Positions 24,589 to 32,368 of a DNA stretch of 44,676 nucleotides are shown in pieces (within the stretch, counting starts at the first letter, position 1; each line of letters starts with the position of its first letter). The DNA is taken from assembly GCA_030038895.1 (NCBI GenBank), contig JASHQX010000030.1, positions 1 through 44,676 on the forward strand, given 5' to 3'. Both the position numbers and the translations under genes were made by a program. The notes beneath the pieces were generated by a model. It saw only the letters and a program-made list of their open reading frames with translations, was not told where the DNA came from and ran no database searches. This stretch comes from Thermoplasmata archaeon (GTDB lineage: Archaea; Thermoplasmatota; Thermoplasmata; Lutacidiplasmatales; UBA184).

Positions 24589-25620
24589 TCAGGAGTGGCC
24601 ACCGTGTCCACCGGCGCGCCCTCTACGGGGGAAGCGACCAGTGAACGATGCGATAACCGCGAGGAGGACCCCGATCACGAGAAGCCCGCCGGACCCGGCG
24701 AGTACCCAGGTCTCGACGACCGCGGTGCTAGGGGGCGCCGGCGGGGCCGGGACCGGCACGTTGACGTAGAGGAGCCCGTCCATGCCGCTAGCGAAGTGCC
24801 CGGGGACCTCGCAGATGTACTGGTAGACGCCCGGAGCGGCGAGCGTAAAGTTCGCCCAGACGGAGCTGCCGGCTCCCGCCGGCACCGTCGCGGAGACGAG
24901 AGGGGGGTGGGCGGTGAAGTACGAAGTGAAGTTGGTGGGAGAGAGCGTATAGTTCGACTGAGCGGCGAGTGTGAACGTGTGCCCGAAACTCCCCATGTTC
25001 GTCACTAGGACGTCGACCGACTCGGGGAAGTGGGGCGCGGTGACCGCGAGCTCGTTCGGAACGAACTGGAGGGAGTCGGTCGTGGTCTCGTTGAGCCGGA
25101 CCCCTGGACCCGAGAACGTGACGTTGAGGAACCCGAACATTCCGGCTTGGAACTGGAACGGTACGAGCGAGACGAACTCGAACGAGTCGCCGCCGACCGA
25201 CGCGTTGAGCGAGATGTTCGCGTACGCCTGCTGGCCCGGGGCGACCGAGACGTTCGCGAGCGAGCCGTTTTTGGCGAAGAACGACGAGAGCTCCGCCGGG
25301 GTCCAGGAGGTGTTGAGAATGACCCCCGGGACCTTCGAAACGGTGAACGTGTGGTTGTAGTGGCCGAGGTTATCGAGGTGGACGGTGAGGGTCGAGTTCG
25401 TGGCACCGACGAGCGAGCGGGGCACGAACCGCGGCGTGTCGGTCATGTTTACCGTGACGGTCGAATTGCGGCTCAGGGGGCGGGCGAGCCCGACCGATGG
25501 TGCGGAGGGCAGGTGCGTGATCGCCGCCGCGACGGGAAGGGCCAGCGTCGCAAGGAGCAGGCCCGCGGCCAGCCATGGAGCCGCGCGACGCCACGGTCCG
25601 GGATGTCGGGCCTGGCGCAA
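24589..25620 (-). CDS. Two-domain cupredoxin (degenerate N-domain, intact type-1 Cu C-domain), membrane anchored, sequon-rich
   Basis: Domain 2 has GHTF...YICEVPGHFASGMDG. Domain 1 has NHTF...FVSLVPFQFQAGMFG (Cys to Ser, His to Gln). A C-terminal helix is present. TTG start, preceded by AAGGGGGA. Confidence 0.75.
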   Translation of the reverse strand: MRQARHPGPWRRAAPWLAAGLLLATLALPVAAAITHLPSAPSVGLARPLSRNSTVTVNMTDTPRFVPRSLVGATNSTLTVHLDNLGHYNHTFTVSKVPGVILNTSWTPAELSSFFAKNGSLANVSVAPGQQAYANISLNASVGGDSFEFVSLVPFQFQAGMFGFLNVTFSGPGVRLNETTTDSLQFVPNELAVTAPHFPESVDVLVTNMGSFGHTFTLAAQSNYTLSPTNFTSYFTAHPPLVSATVPAGAGSSVWANFTLAAPGVYQYICEVPGHFASGMDGLLYVNVPVPAPPAPPSTAVVETWVLAGSGGLLVIGVLLAVIASFTGRFPRRGRAGGHGGHS

Positions 25621-25667
25621 GTCGATTCCCCCTTCTTTCGGACACCGACGCGACCTGAGGTGCGTTG

Positions 25668-25685
25668 ATATGCGCGATGTACGAA
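25668..25685 (-). promoter_or_regulatory. TTCGTACA + N6 + ATATCAAC upstream of the two-domain cupredoxin
   Basis: The gene-sense strand reads TTCGTACA TCGCGC ATATCAAC. The ATAT begins 51 nt before TTG 25620. Confidence 0.4.
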
Positions 25686-25716
25686 TCGCCCGCTCTCGCC
25701 GGCCCGCAGGGCAGCG

Positions 25717-26688
25717 TTAACGGTTCGCGAGGCTCCCCGGGTCCCCCGACGCGAGGGGGCGGGGCACCGGCTCGCCCGAGGGAGCCTCGCCTTCCACCGA
25801 GCGGGCGATCCAGGGCCGGAACCTTGGACCTTGGTAGAACCTCCAGTACAGGTAGGTGGACTCGACCCCCATCACAAGGGCCATGAGGCCGCCGAACGCC
25901 GACGCGGCGATCGGGGAAGCCTGGGTGGCCGCGACCGCGATCCCGCCCGCGGTCATCGCGAGGAACGCAGAGGTGAGGCCGACGAAGAACCGCGCCTCCT
26001 CCGGACCGGCCCGTCCGCGGGCGAGGCGACGCACGAGGACGGCGGACACGCCTCCCATCAGCGCCGCCATGAGGATCCCTCCGACAGTGGGGTAGGCGGG
26101 GACCCAGGGGGCGATGACCGCGGCGAGCGTCAGCGCGACGAATCCTCCCTGTTCGGCCCGGGAGATCGGCGCCCAGAGGAGCACGGCGGCCATCACCCCC
26201 GCCATCGACCACAGAAACCACACGGACGTGAGCCCGCCCGCAATGGTGTTCAAAACGGAGAGAGGCGTCGCCGCTCCGCCGTAGGTAAAGAGGACCCCCA
26301 TGAGAACTTCGACGCCGGTGGCATCGACCGCGAGGAGCGCGGGCCAGAGAACGTTCCCCCGCGCGACGCGGCGGTCGTGGAACAGGATGAGCGAGACGAA
26401 CCAGAACCCGGCCGGGGCCATCATCATGAAGTTGAACGCGAGGAGCACGAGCGTCCAGGTCGTCGTCCCGTTCGAGTTCAGGAAGACGTAGAGGAGCGAC
26501 ATCATCAGGACGCTTCCGCCGAAGATCACGCCGAGCCCGAGCGTCAGCTGGGTCAAGAGGGGGGGTCGGCCGTCGGCCGGGAGCACCTTCCCCAGGATGA
26601 AGATCGTGATCCCGACCATCCCGACGGCGATGATCACGTAGGCAAGCGGGTCCGGGGGCATCGCGAGGGGCGGCAGGGGAAGGTCCAT
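25717..26688 (-). CDS. Polytopic membrane protein (323 aa, about 8-9 helices), unknown function
   Basis: Continuous hydrophobic segments and a single His. I recognise no CoxIII or transporter motif. ATAAGAAA lies about 24-31 nt upstream of ATG 26688. Confidence 0.6.
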   Translation of the reverse strand: MDLPLPPLAMPPDPLAYVIIAVGMVGITIFILGKVLPADGRPPLLTQLTLGLGVIFGGSVLMMSLLYVFLNSNGTTTWTLVLLAFNFMMMAPAGFWFVSLILFHDRRVARGNVLWPALLAVDATGVEVLMGVLFTYGGAATPLSVLNTIAGGLTSVWFLWSMAGVMAAVLLWAPISRAEQGGFVALTLAAVIAPWVPAYPTVGGILMAALMGGVSAVLVRRLARGRAGPEEARFFVGLTSAFLAMTAGGIAVAATQASPIAASAFGGLMALVMGVESTYLYWRFYQGPRFRPWIARSVEGEAPSGEPVPRPLASGDPGSLANR

Positions 26689-26770
26689 CGCGACGGCTCG
26701 AGACGGACGGCTTTCTTATGGACCCGGTTACGACCGGATCCCCGGATCCTCGGAGGATCGGTCCGGCCGG

Positions 26771-27613
26771 CTACGGCTCCCCGGACGACTTGCCCGTAAC
26801 CCCCGCGTCGAACCGGCGGATGAGCTGCGTCGTCACCTCGACCAGCGGGTGATGGCTCGTACGGTCGATCTCGATGTCCGAGACCGTGGAGAGATGGTGC
26901 TCGCGTGCGAGGCGCTCGAAGCCGGTCTCGAGGTCGGCGAACTCGTGCGGTCGGTCGCACCTCAGGATGAACGCCTGGAGCTGCGTCAGGCCCATCTCGC
27001 GCGCCGCGAGCGCCCGGTGGTGCCCGTCGACGAGGATCCAGGCATCCCCCTTCTGGAGGACGAGGACCGGCTCGGCGAACCCCCGCTCGATCTCGTAGCG
27101 GCGACCCTCGAGCTCGTCCTCGAAGACCTTCCACTGGGTCGGGGTCAACCGGTCGATCGGGACGAGACCGCGGTGGAATGAGAACGGAAGCCCGTACCGC
27201 TCGCTCAATAGGTGCTTTAGCGTGTCCGCCTTCACCGGCGACGCGCGCTCGAAATGCGAGCGGACGACGTCGATGTTGGCGAGCATCCCGCAGAGGCGGC
27301 CGTCCGCGTCGACGATGGGGAGGTCGCGCAGGCCGAACCGGAACATCACCCGCGCCGCATCGTCGAGCGCGGTATCGGGGGCCGCGGTAATCGTCCCCGG
27401 TCGGATAATCTTCGTGAGGGGGGTCTCGCCCTCCGCTGCGTGGCGGAGGAGCTCCTTCGCGCTGACGAAGCCGACCAGCTTCCCCCGTGCGTCGGTCACG
27501 GGCAGTCCGTGGTGGCGGCTGCGCATCAGGCGGGCGGTCGCCTCGCCTACGGTCGCGGTGTCGCGGACGTGCTCGACCTCGAGCACCATGTAGTCGCGGA
27601 CTCGGACGCTCAT
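26771..27613 (-). CDS. CBS-pair + ParB/Srx-like domain fusion protein
   Basis: Two CBS motifs (HHGLPVTDARGKLVGFVSAKELL; LRDLPIVDADGRLCGMLANIDVV) are followed by ...IDRLTPTQ...PVLVLQKGDAWILVDGHHRALAAREMG (ParB/sulfiredoxin-type DGHHR). ATGA overlap with gmhA. Confidence 0.7.
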   Translation of the reverse strand: MSVRVRDYMVLEVEHVRDTATVGEATARLMRSRHHGLPVTDARGKLVGFVSAKELLRHAAEGETPLTKIIRPGTITAAPDTALDDAARVMFRFGLRDLPIVDADGRLCGMLANIDVVRSHFERASPVKADTLKHLLSERYGLPFSFHRGLVPIDRLTPTQWKVFEDELEGRRYEIERGFAEPVLVLQKGDAWILVDGHHRALAAREMGLTQLQAFILRCDRPHEFADLETGFERLAREHHLSTVSDIEIDRTSHHPLVEVTTQLIRRFDAGVTGKSSGEP

Positions 27614-28215
27614 CGGGGCGGGGCGGGCTGCTCGTCGCGCAGGTACGTGGTGAGCATGTGGCAAACGATCAGATGGAGGTCCTCGGTGTGCTGCATGCTC
27701 TGGGACGGCACGACCACGGGGATGTCAACGAGGTCCTTCAGTTTCCCACCGCCCATCCCCGTGAGGCCGATTGTCGAGAGTCCCATCTCGCGAGCCGTGC
27801 GGACCCCCTCGAGGACGTTCGGGGAGTTCCCGCTCCCCGAGATCGCGACCGCGACGTCCCCCTTCTCCGCGAGCGCGCGCAAGGGACCCGCGAAGACCTT
27901 CGAGTAATCGGTGTCGTTCGCCCAGGCGGTGAGCCCCGGGGTGTTGTCGTTGAGCGCGACGCACTTGAAGCGACCCCCTTTCCCGCGCGGCTCGGTCCCT
28001 CCCGCGACCTTCGCGATGTCGGTGACGAAGTGGGAGGCGGTCGACGCGCTGCCGCCATTGCCGAAGAAGAAGATCGTCCGGTCCTCCGACCGGGCCCGGA
28101 GGAGTATCGGAACGATCCGTTCCATCGCCGAAAGGAGGTAGGGGGCCTCGAGCGTTGCCTCGGCCTCGCGGACGTACCGCTCGACGAACGGCTTCAGGGT
28201 CGAAAGGTCGCTCAT
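27610..28215 (-). CDS. gmhA: SIS-domain phosphoheptose isomerase (GmhA family)
   Basis: IFFFGNGGSASTASHF..., VAVAISGSGNSPNV, LTGMGGGKL, VPSQSMQHTEDLHL. ATG 28215 overlaps the kinase stop (ATGA). Confidence 0.75.
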   Translation of the reverse strand: MSDLSTLKPFVERYVREAEATLEAPYLLSAMERIVPILLRARSEDRTIFFFGNGGSASTASHFVTDIAKVAGGTEPRGKGGRFKCVALNDNTPGLTAWANDTDYSKVFAGPLRALAEKGDVAVAISGSGNSPNVLEGVRTAREMGLSTIGLTGMGGGKLKDLVDIPVVVPSQSMQHTEDLHLIVCHMLTTYLRDEQPAPPR

Positions 28216-29189
28216 CGTCCCACGAACAGGATTCGAGACCCCTCGGGCGTGATCCGCACGGAGAGGCGCCGCATCGGCGACAAGGCGTCCGCTATTTGAC
28301 GGCTCTGCTCGGGCGGGTGGAGGAGGAGGAGGAACCCTCCGCCCCCCGCGCCGGTGATCTTTCCGCCCCACGCGCCGGCGGCGCGCGCCGCGGCGTACTG
28401 CTGGTCGATCGTATCGTTCGAGATCCCATTTGATAATCCGCGCTTCAATCGCCACCCTTCGTCGAGGACGCCGCCGAGGCGTTCCCAGGAACGCGAGGCG
28501 ATGGCGTCGCGGGCGACCGATGCGAGTTCGCGCATCCGCGTGAGCGATTCCCGGTTGACCTCGGTCCGCGCGCTCTGCTGCTTCAGGATCCCTTCTGCGC
28601 GCCGCGTGACACCGGTATAGAAGAGCGACAAATGGTCGCTCAGCGCCTCGCGGTCCGCGGTCGAGAGAGGGATTGGAGCGACCCGGACCGTATCGTCCGG
28701 ACGGAACTCGAAGTACTGAACCCCTCCGAACGCAGCGATGTACTGGTCCTGCTTACCCAGCGTCCCTTTGAGGCGGTCGATCTCGATCCGGCACGCCTCC
28801 TCGGCGAGCTCAGCCGGGTCCTTGAGCTGACCGCGGTACGCGGCGAGTGCGTTGAGCAGCCCCACGGTCACGGTTGACGACGACCCGATGCCCGTCCCCT
28901 CCCCGGGGATGTCGGCGATCGTATGGATCTCGATCGAGTCATGAACGCCGGCGCTACGGAGTGCCTCCCGAACGAGCTCGTTATGGAGCTCCTCGATGTG
29001 GTCGACGTTCTCGGTCCGAGAATACGCCACGCGGATCGAACTGTCGAACTTCTTGTTCACCAGGACGTGGATGTACCGATCGATCGCGGCGTTCGTTACC
29101 GCACCGCCGCCGTACGTGCGGTAGAACGATGGGAGGTCCGTCCCCCCGCCCGCGAAGCTGATCCTGAGCGGGGTGCGGGTGATGATCAT
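28212..29189 (-). CDS. hddA: GHMP-family sugar kinase, D-glycero-D-manno-heptose 7-phosphate kinase (HddA)-like
   Basis: MIITRTPLRISFAGGGTDLPSFY..., GHMP motif IPGEGTGIGSSSTVTVGLLNAL, KITGAGGGGFLLL. Confidence 0.7.
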   Translation of the reverse strand: MIITRTPLRISFAGGGTDLPSFYRTYGGGAVTNAAIDRYIHVLVNKKFDSSIRVAYSRTENVDHIEELHNELVREALRSAGVHDSIEIHTIADIPGEGTGIGSSSTVTVGLLNALAAYRGQLKDPAELAEEACRIEIDRLKGTLGKQDQYIAAFGGVQYFEFRPDDTVRVAPIPLSTADREALSDHLSLFYTGVTRRAEGILKQQSARTEVNRESLTRMRELASVARDAIASRSWERLGGVLDEGWRLKRGLSNGISNDTIDQQYAAARAAGAWGGKITGAGGGGFLLLLHPPEQSRQIADALSPMRRLSVRITPEGSRILFVGR

Positions 29190-29215
29190 CACGCGAAGAG
29201 CGTCGGTCGGCCCTC

Positions 29216-31204
29216 TTAGGTTTTTTCCCTAGAGGGACTTGCCTCGCCGGCCGCCGGAGAACCCGAAACCGGCCGGGTCGAGGGGGACCAGCGGGCCCGG
29301 CGGCCGTAGAACTCGGCCGTGAACCGGGCGAGGTTCTCGATCGGCGTGAGGCCGGGGAGGCTCGAGGCGAACGAAGTGGCCCGCCGGTCGAGGATGATCG
29401 CGATTCCTCGGTCATTTTCGGACCGGATCATCCGGCCGCACGCCTGGAGGATCGACCGCTGGGCGGGGGCCTCGACGGTGTACTGCCAACCACGCCCCGT
29501 TGTCGCATCCAGGAACCTACGGAGAGCCTCCCGCTTCGCGGTCGGCCGGGGGTACGGGATCCCGACGAGGACGACCGCCTCGAGCTCCTCGTCGGGGTAA
29601 TCGATCCCCTCCGCGAGGCGGCCACCGGCGACCCCGAGGAGGATCGTCCCCTCCGGGTCCTTCTTCCATCCCTCGATCGAACGCCAGAGATCCCCGGTCG
29701 GCATCTTGCTGTACTCGATGAAGACGTTCCCGGGGAGTTGCGAGTGGAGCCCCGCTTCGAGGACGCGCTGCAAGAGATCGAAGCTCGGGAAGAAGACCGC
29801 CGTCTTCACCGGAAGGGTCTGGAGGACCTCCACAAGGCGATCCGAGAGCCGGGCGATCGCCCGGGGGTCCCCCCGGAGCTCTTCGAAGCGAGTCGTCACG
29901 CTCGGATCGTAGAGGAACCGCCGGTTCTCCGCCGGGAAGTGCGACGGCACGTCGAGGAGCCGGGTCTCCGGGCCGAGACCGAGGGAGTCGCGGTACTCCT
30001 CGAGCGGGGCGAGGGTCCCGGAAAGGTGGACGGAGAGGTGGCAGTCGAGGACCGGGCGGGCCGGCCCCGAGGCGTCCAACGCGTACGCCTCGAGCGCGGG
30101 GCGCGGCAGCCGCGTCGCGACCTTGACGTACGCCGGGGGCTCGAGCTGGGGCCAGGAGAGCAGCGTGAGCGCGACCGTGTGAACCCACGAGCGGGGGAGC
30201 CGGCGCTCGCGCCGTCGCTCGTCGCGCAGGTTCTCCCCCCACGTGGCGAGCGCGCCGAGCCAGGTGTCGAGCCGGTGGGAGGTTCCGCCGAGCGCGGTCA
30301 GGAGGGCCTCCTCGAAAACCGACGGGGGAAGGACCGCGTCGTCGTCGCGCGCGAGGGCGTGGATCAGCTCCTCGACGGCCGCGCCGACGAGATCGAGGAA
30401 CCGACTCGCGCTCGGTCCGTCAGGAAGCTGGAAATCCCCCCGCTCGGCAATCTCCGCCCGGGCCCGCCGCACCGAGTCCTGCGGGAGCGCGACCGTGGTG
30501 AGCTCGCGAAGGTGGTTCGGAAGGTTGTGCGCTTCGTCGATGACGAGGTCGATCCGGTCGGGGGCGATGCGCATCCAGTCGAACAGGGACCGACGGATGT
30601 GCGGGTGGAAAAAGAACGCGTACGGCGCGGTGACGACGCGAGCGTCGGGCAGGAGTCGTTTCGCGAGCTCGTAGGCACAGAGGTTCTCCTCCCGGGCGTA
30701 CGACTCGAACTCGTGCGGTGTGGGAAGCTTCGACCGGAGCCGCTCCGTGAGGCTGTCGAGGTCTGCTTGGAGCACCCGCGCATAGTAGGGGCACCCGTCC
30801 AGGTCGGCGAGGTCGATCTCCCCTCCCTCGGGGAGGTCAGGCGAGGGGGGGACCGGCGCCTCGCCGCGCATCGCTTGCTCGGTCGCCCGCTTGCGATCCG
30901 CGCACAGTTTGCCATGCTCCTCCGCCGTCGCGCCCTTGATCTCCGCGACGTTTTCGAGGAGGAAGCACCGCCGGGCGCGCCCGGCGAGTCCCACAGCGAG
31001 GACCGGATGGGAGAGTCGGTGGCTGATCGCCCGCGTCTCCTGGAGGACCTGGACCTCCTGAGAGTGCGTCCGCACGAGATAGAGAATCTTGTGATCCGCC
31101 AGCTCGGCGTGCTCGAGCAGTGGGGCAAGAACGGCGACCGTCTTGCCGCTGCCCGTGGGAGCGTTGACGAGAAGCGGGCCCCCCCGTGCGGCGATCGTCC
31201 CCAC
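29216..31204 (-). CDS. xpd: XPD/Rad3-family 4Fe-4S DNA helicase
   Basis: Walker A NAPTGSGKT, DEAH (VIDEAHNL), and four Cys of the FeS domain (RRCFLL, KLCADR, DGCPYY, NLCAYE). The conserved frame continues upstream of GTG 31204 with no canonical start (see findings). Confidence 0.85.
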   Translation of the reverse strand: MGTIAARGGPLLVNAPTGSGKTVAVLAPLLEHAELADHKILYLVRTHSQEVQVLQETRAISHRLSHPVLAVGLAGRARRCFLLENVAEIKGATAEEHGKLCADRKRATEQAMRGEAPVPPSPDLPEGGEIDLADLDGCPYYARVLQADLDSLTERLRSKLPTPHEFESYAREENLCAYELAKRLLPDARVVTAPYAFFFHPHIRRSLFDWMRIAPDRIDLVIDEAHNLPNHLRELTTVALPQDSVRRARAEIAERGDFQLPDGPSASRFLDLVGAAVEELIHALARDDDAVLPPSVFEEALLTALGGTSHRLDTWLGALATWGENLRDERRRERRLPRSWVHTVALTLLSWPQLEPPAYVKVATRLPRPALEAYALDASGPARPVLDCHLSVHLSGTLAPLEEYRDSLGLGPETRLLDVPSHFPAENRRFLYDPSVTTRFEELRGDPRAIARLSDRLVEVLQTLPVKTAVFFPSFDLLQRVLEAGLHSQLPGNVFIEYSKMPTGDLWRSIEGWKKDPEGTILLGVAGGRLAEGIDYPDEELEAVVLVGIPYPRPTAKREALRRFLDATTGRGWQYTVEAPAQRSILQACGRMIRSENDRGIAIILDRRATSFASSLPGLTPIENLARFTAEFYGRRARWSPSTRPVSGSPAAGEASPSREKT

Positions 31205-31534
31205 TTCGCGGAGGATCGCGTCCTGCCCCGGACGGACGCGATACGGAAAGAGGGTCGATCCTTCGGTCGAGGTGGTGAGCGGCGTAGACCCGGGCTCCGG
31301 CCGGGCGAGCCCGTGCCCAGAGCTTTAAGCTGCGCGTTGACAGGAACGCCGGCGGAGGATGGCGGGCCTTCCCTGCTCGCTCGACCATCCTGACCGATGG
31401 CACGGTAGCTTCATGGGCGGGGGCCGGCTCGCATCCGGCTGAGGTCGATCCCTACGGCGTCCGAAACGTCTCACGCGATCGAACGCCAGCCGGCAGCCCC
31501 TCCTCACTTCCTCGCCCGGTACGGGAAGTTCCTC

Positions 31535-31984
31535 GTGGTGGGGCTCACCGGTGTGGTCGTCAACCTCGTCGTCTTCGCGTTCACGCTCGACGCGATCTCC
31601 CCCAGCCCTACGTTCAACTTGGTTCAGAGCCTCCTCCATTTCGCGTCGACCCGCACGGTGAACCCCGTCGACGACTTCGTGGCGAGTGCGGCGGCGTTCG
31701 TCGTCGCGACCCTCTGGAACTTCCTTTTCAACAGCCTCTGGACGTTCCGGACCTCTACCGGGCACCGCCACCCGTTCTCGCACCGTCTCGGCCTATACTA
31801 CGGAGTCTCGCTGGGTTCGCTCGCGGTCAACGAGGCAGTTCTGTACGCTCTCGGCTTCTTCGTACCTCCGCTGATCGGCCAGGCGGTCGGAATCATTGCT
31901 GGTAGCGTGGTCGGCTTCGCCGGAAACTACCGGGTCACCTTCGCCGAGATCCGACCGGAGCCGACGCCGGACGACCCTCCGTAG
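31535..31984 (+). CDS. GtrA-family membrane protein
   Basis: (FLARYGKFL)VVGLTGVVVNLVVF...ATLWNFLFNSLWTFR...GNYRVTF. GTG start. The family-like residues FLARYGKFL lie in frame upstream of any ATG/GTG/TTG. Confidence 0.7.
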   Translation: MVGLTGVVVNLVVFAFTLDAISPSPTFNLVQSLLHFASTRTVNPVDDFVASAAAFVVATLWNFLFNSLWTFRTSTGHRHPFSHRLGLYYGVSLGSLAVNEAVLYALGFFVPPLIGQAVGIIAGSVVGFAGNYRVTFAEIRPEPTPDDPP

Positions 31985-32039
31985 CCCGGACGTCGTTCGC
32001 GTCGCGCCCCCGGACCGGACTCGCCCGGCCGGCCTCCGG

Positions 32040-32357
32040 TTAACCGTAGGCGTACCGGACCCCGTACGGCCCCCGCGGCAGGTTCCAAGTGACCGATCCC
32101 TGGTCGCAGGCGATGTCGCACGCCCCGCACTCCACGCAATCCTCGTACCGGAAGACGAGCCGGCCCTCAATCCGTTCGTAGCACTTGGCCGGGCAGACGA
32201 AGGTGCACCTCGAGTGAGGACATCGGGCGCAGATCTCGGGCTTCGTCGTGATGTGCGCGTGGTCCTTCGAGTCGGTGTTATACCGCAGGGTCCCGAGCCG
32301 CTGCTTGATCTCGATTGCGGCGACTTGCGGTCCTGCGGGAGTTTTGGACTCGGCCAT
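32040..32357 (-). CDS. fixX: FixX-type ferredoxin-like protein
   Basis: ICARCPHSRCTFVCPAKCYE...YEDCVECGACDIACDQGSVTWNLPRGPYGVRYAYG matches the FixX pattern. It starts 11 nt after the mdh stop. Confidence 0.75.
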   Translation of the reverse strand: MAESKTPAGPQVAAIEIKQRLGTLRYNTDSKDHAHITTKPEICARCPHSRCTFVCPAKCYERIEGRLVFRYEDCVECGACDIACDQGSVTWNLPRGPYGVRYAYG

Positions 32358-32368
32358 CGACCCCTCCC

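Noticed and set aside
26771-31204. xpd + kinase + isomerase + ParB-like protein interpreted as a defence or DNA-modification island.
   Set aside because: XPD has the full housekeeping NER-type architecture (FeS cluster, DEAH). There is no nuclease, methylase or other defence hallmark. Sugar-nucleotide metabolism is the simpler reading. It is kept only as a minor alternative in the finding.
29738-31393. A 551-aa + strand ORF.
   Set aside because: It is antisense to the XPD helicase, which has all helicase and FeS motifs. Its composition is Arg/Gly/Pro/Glu-biased with no motifs.
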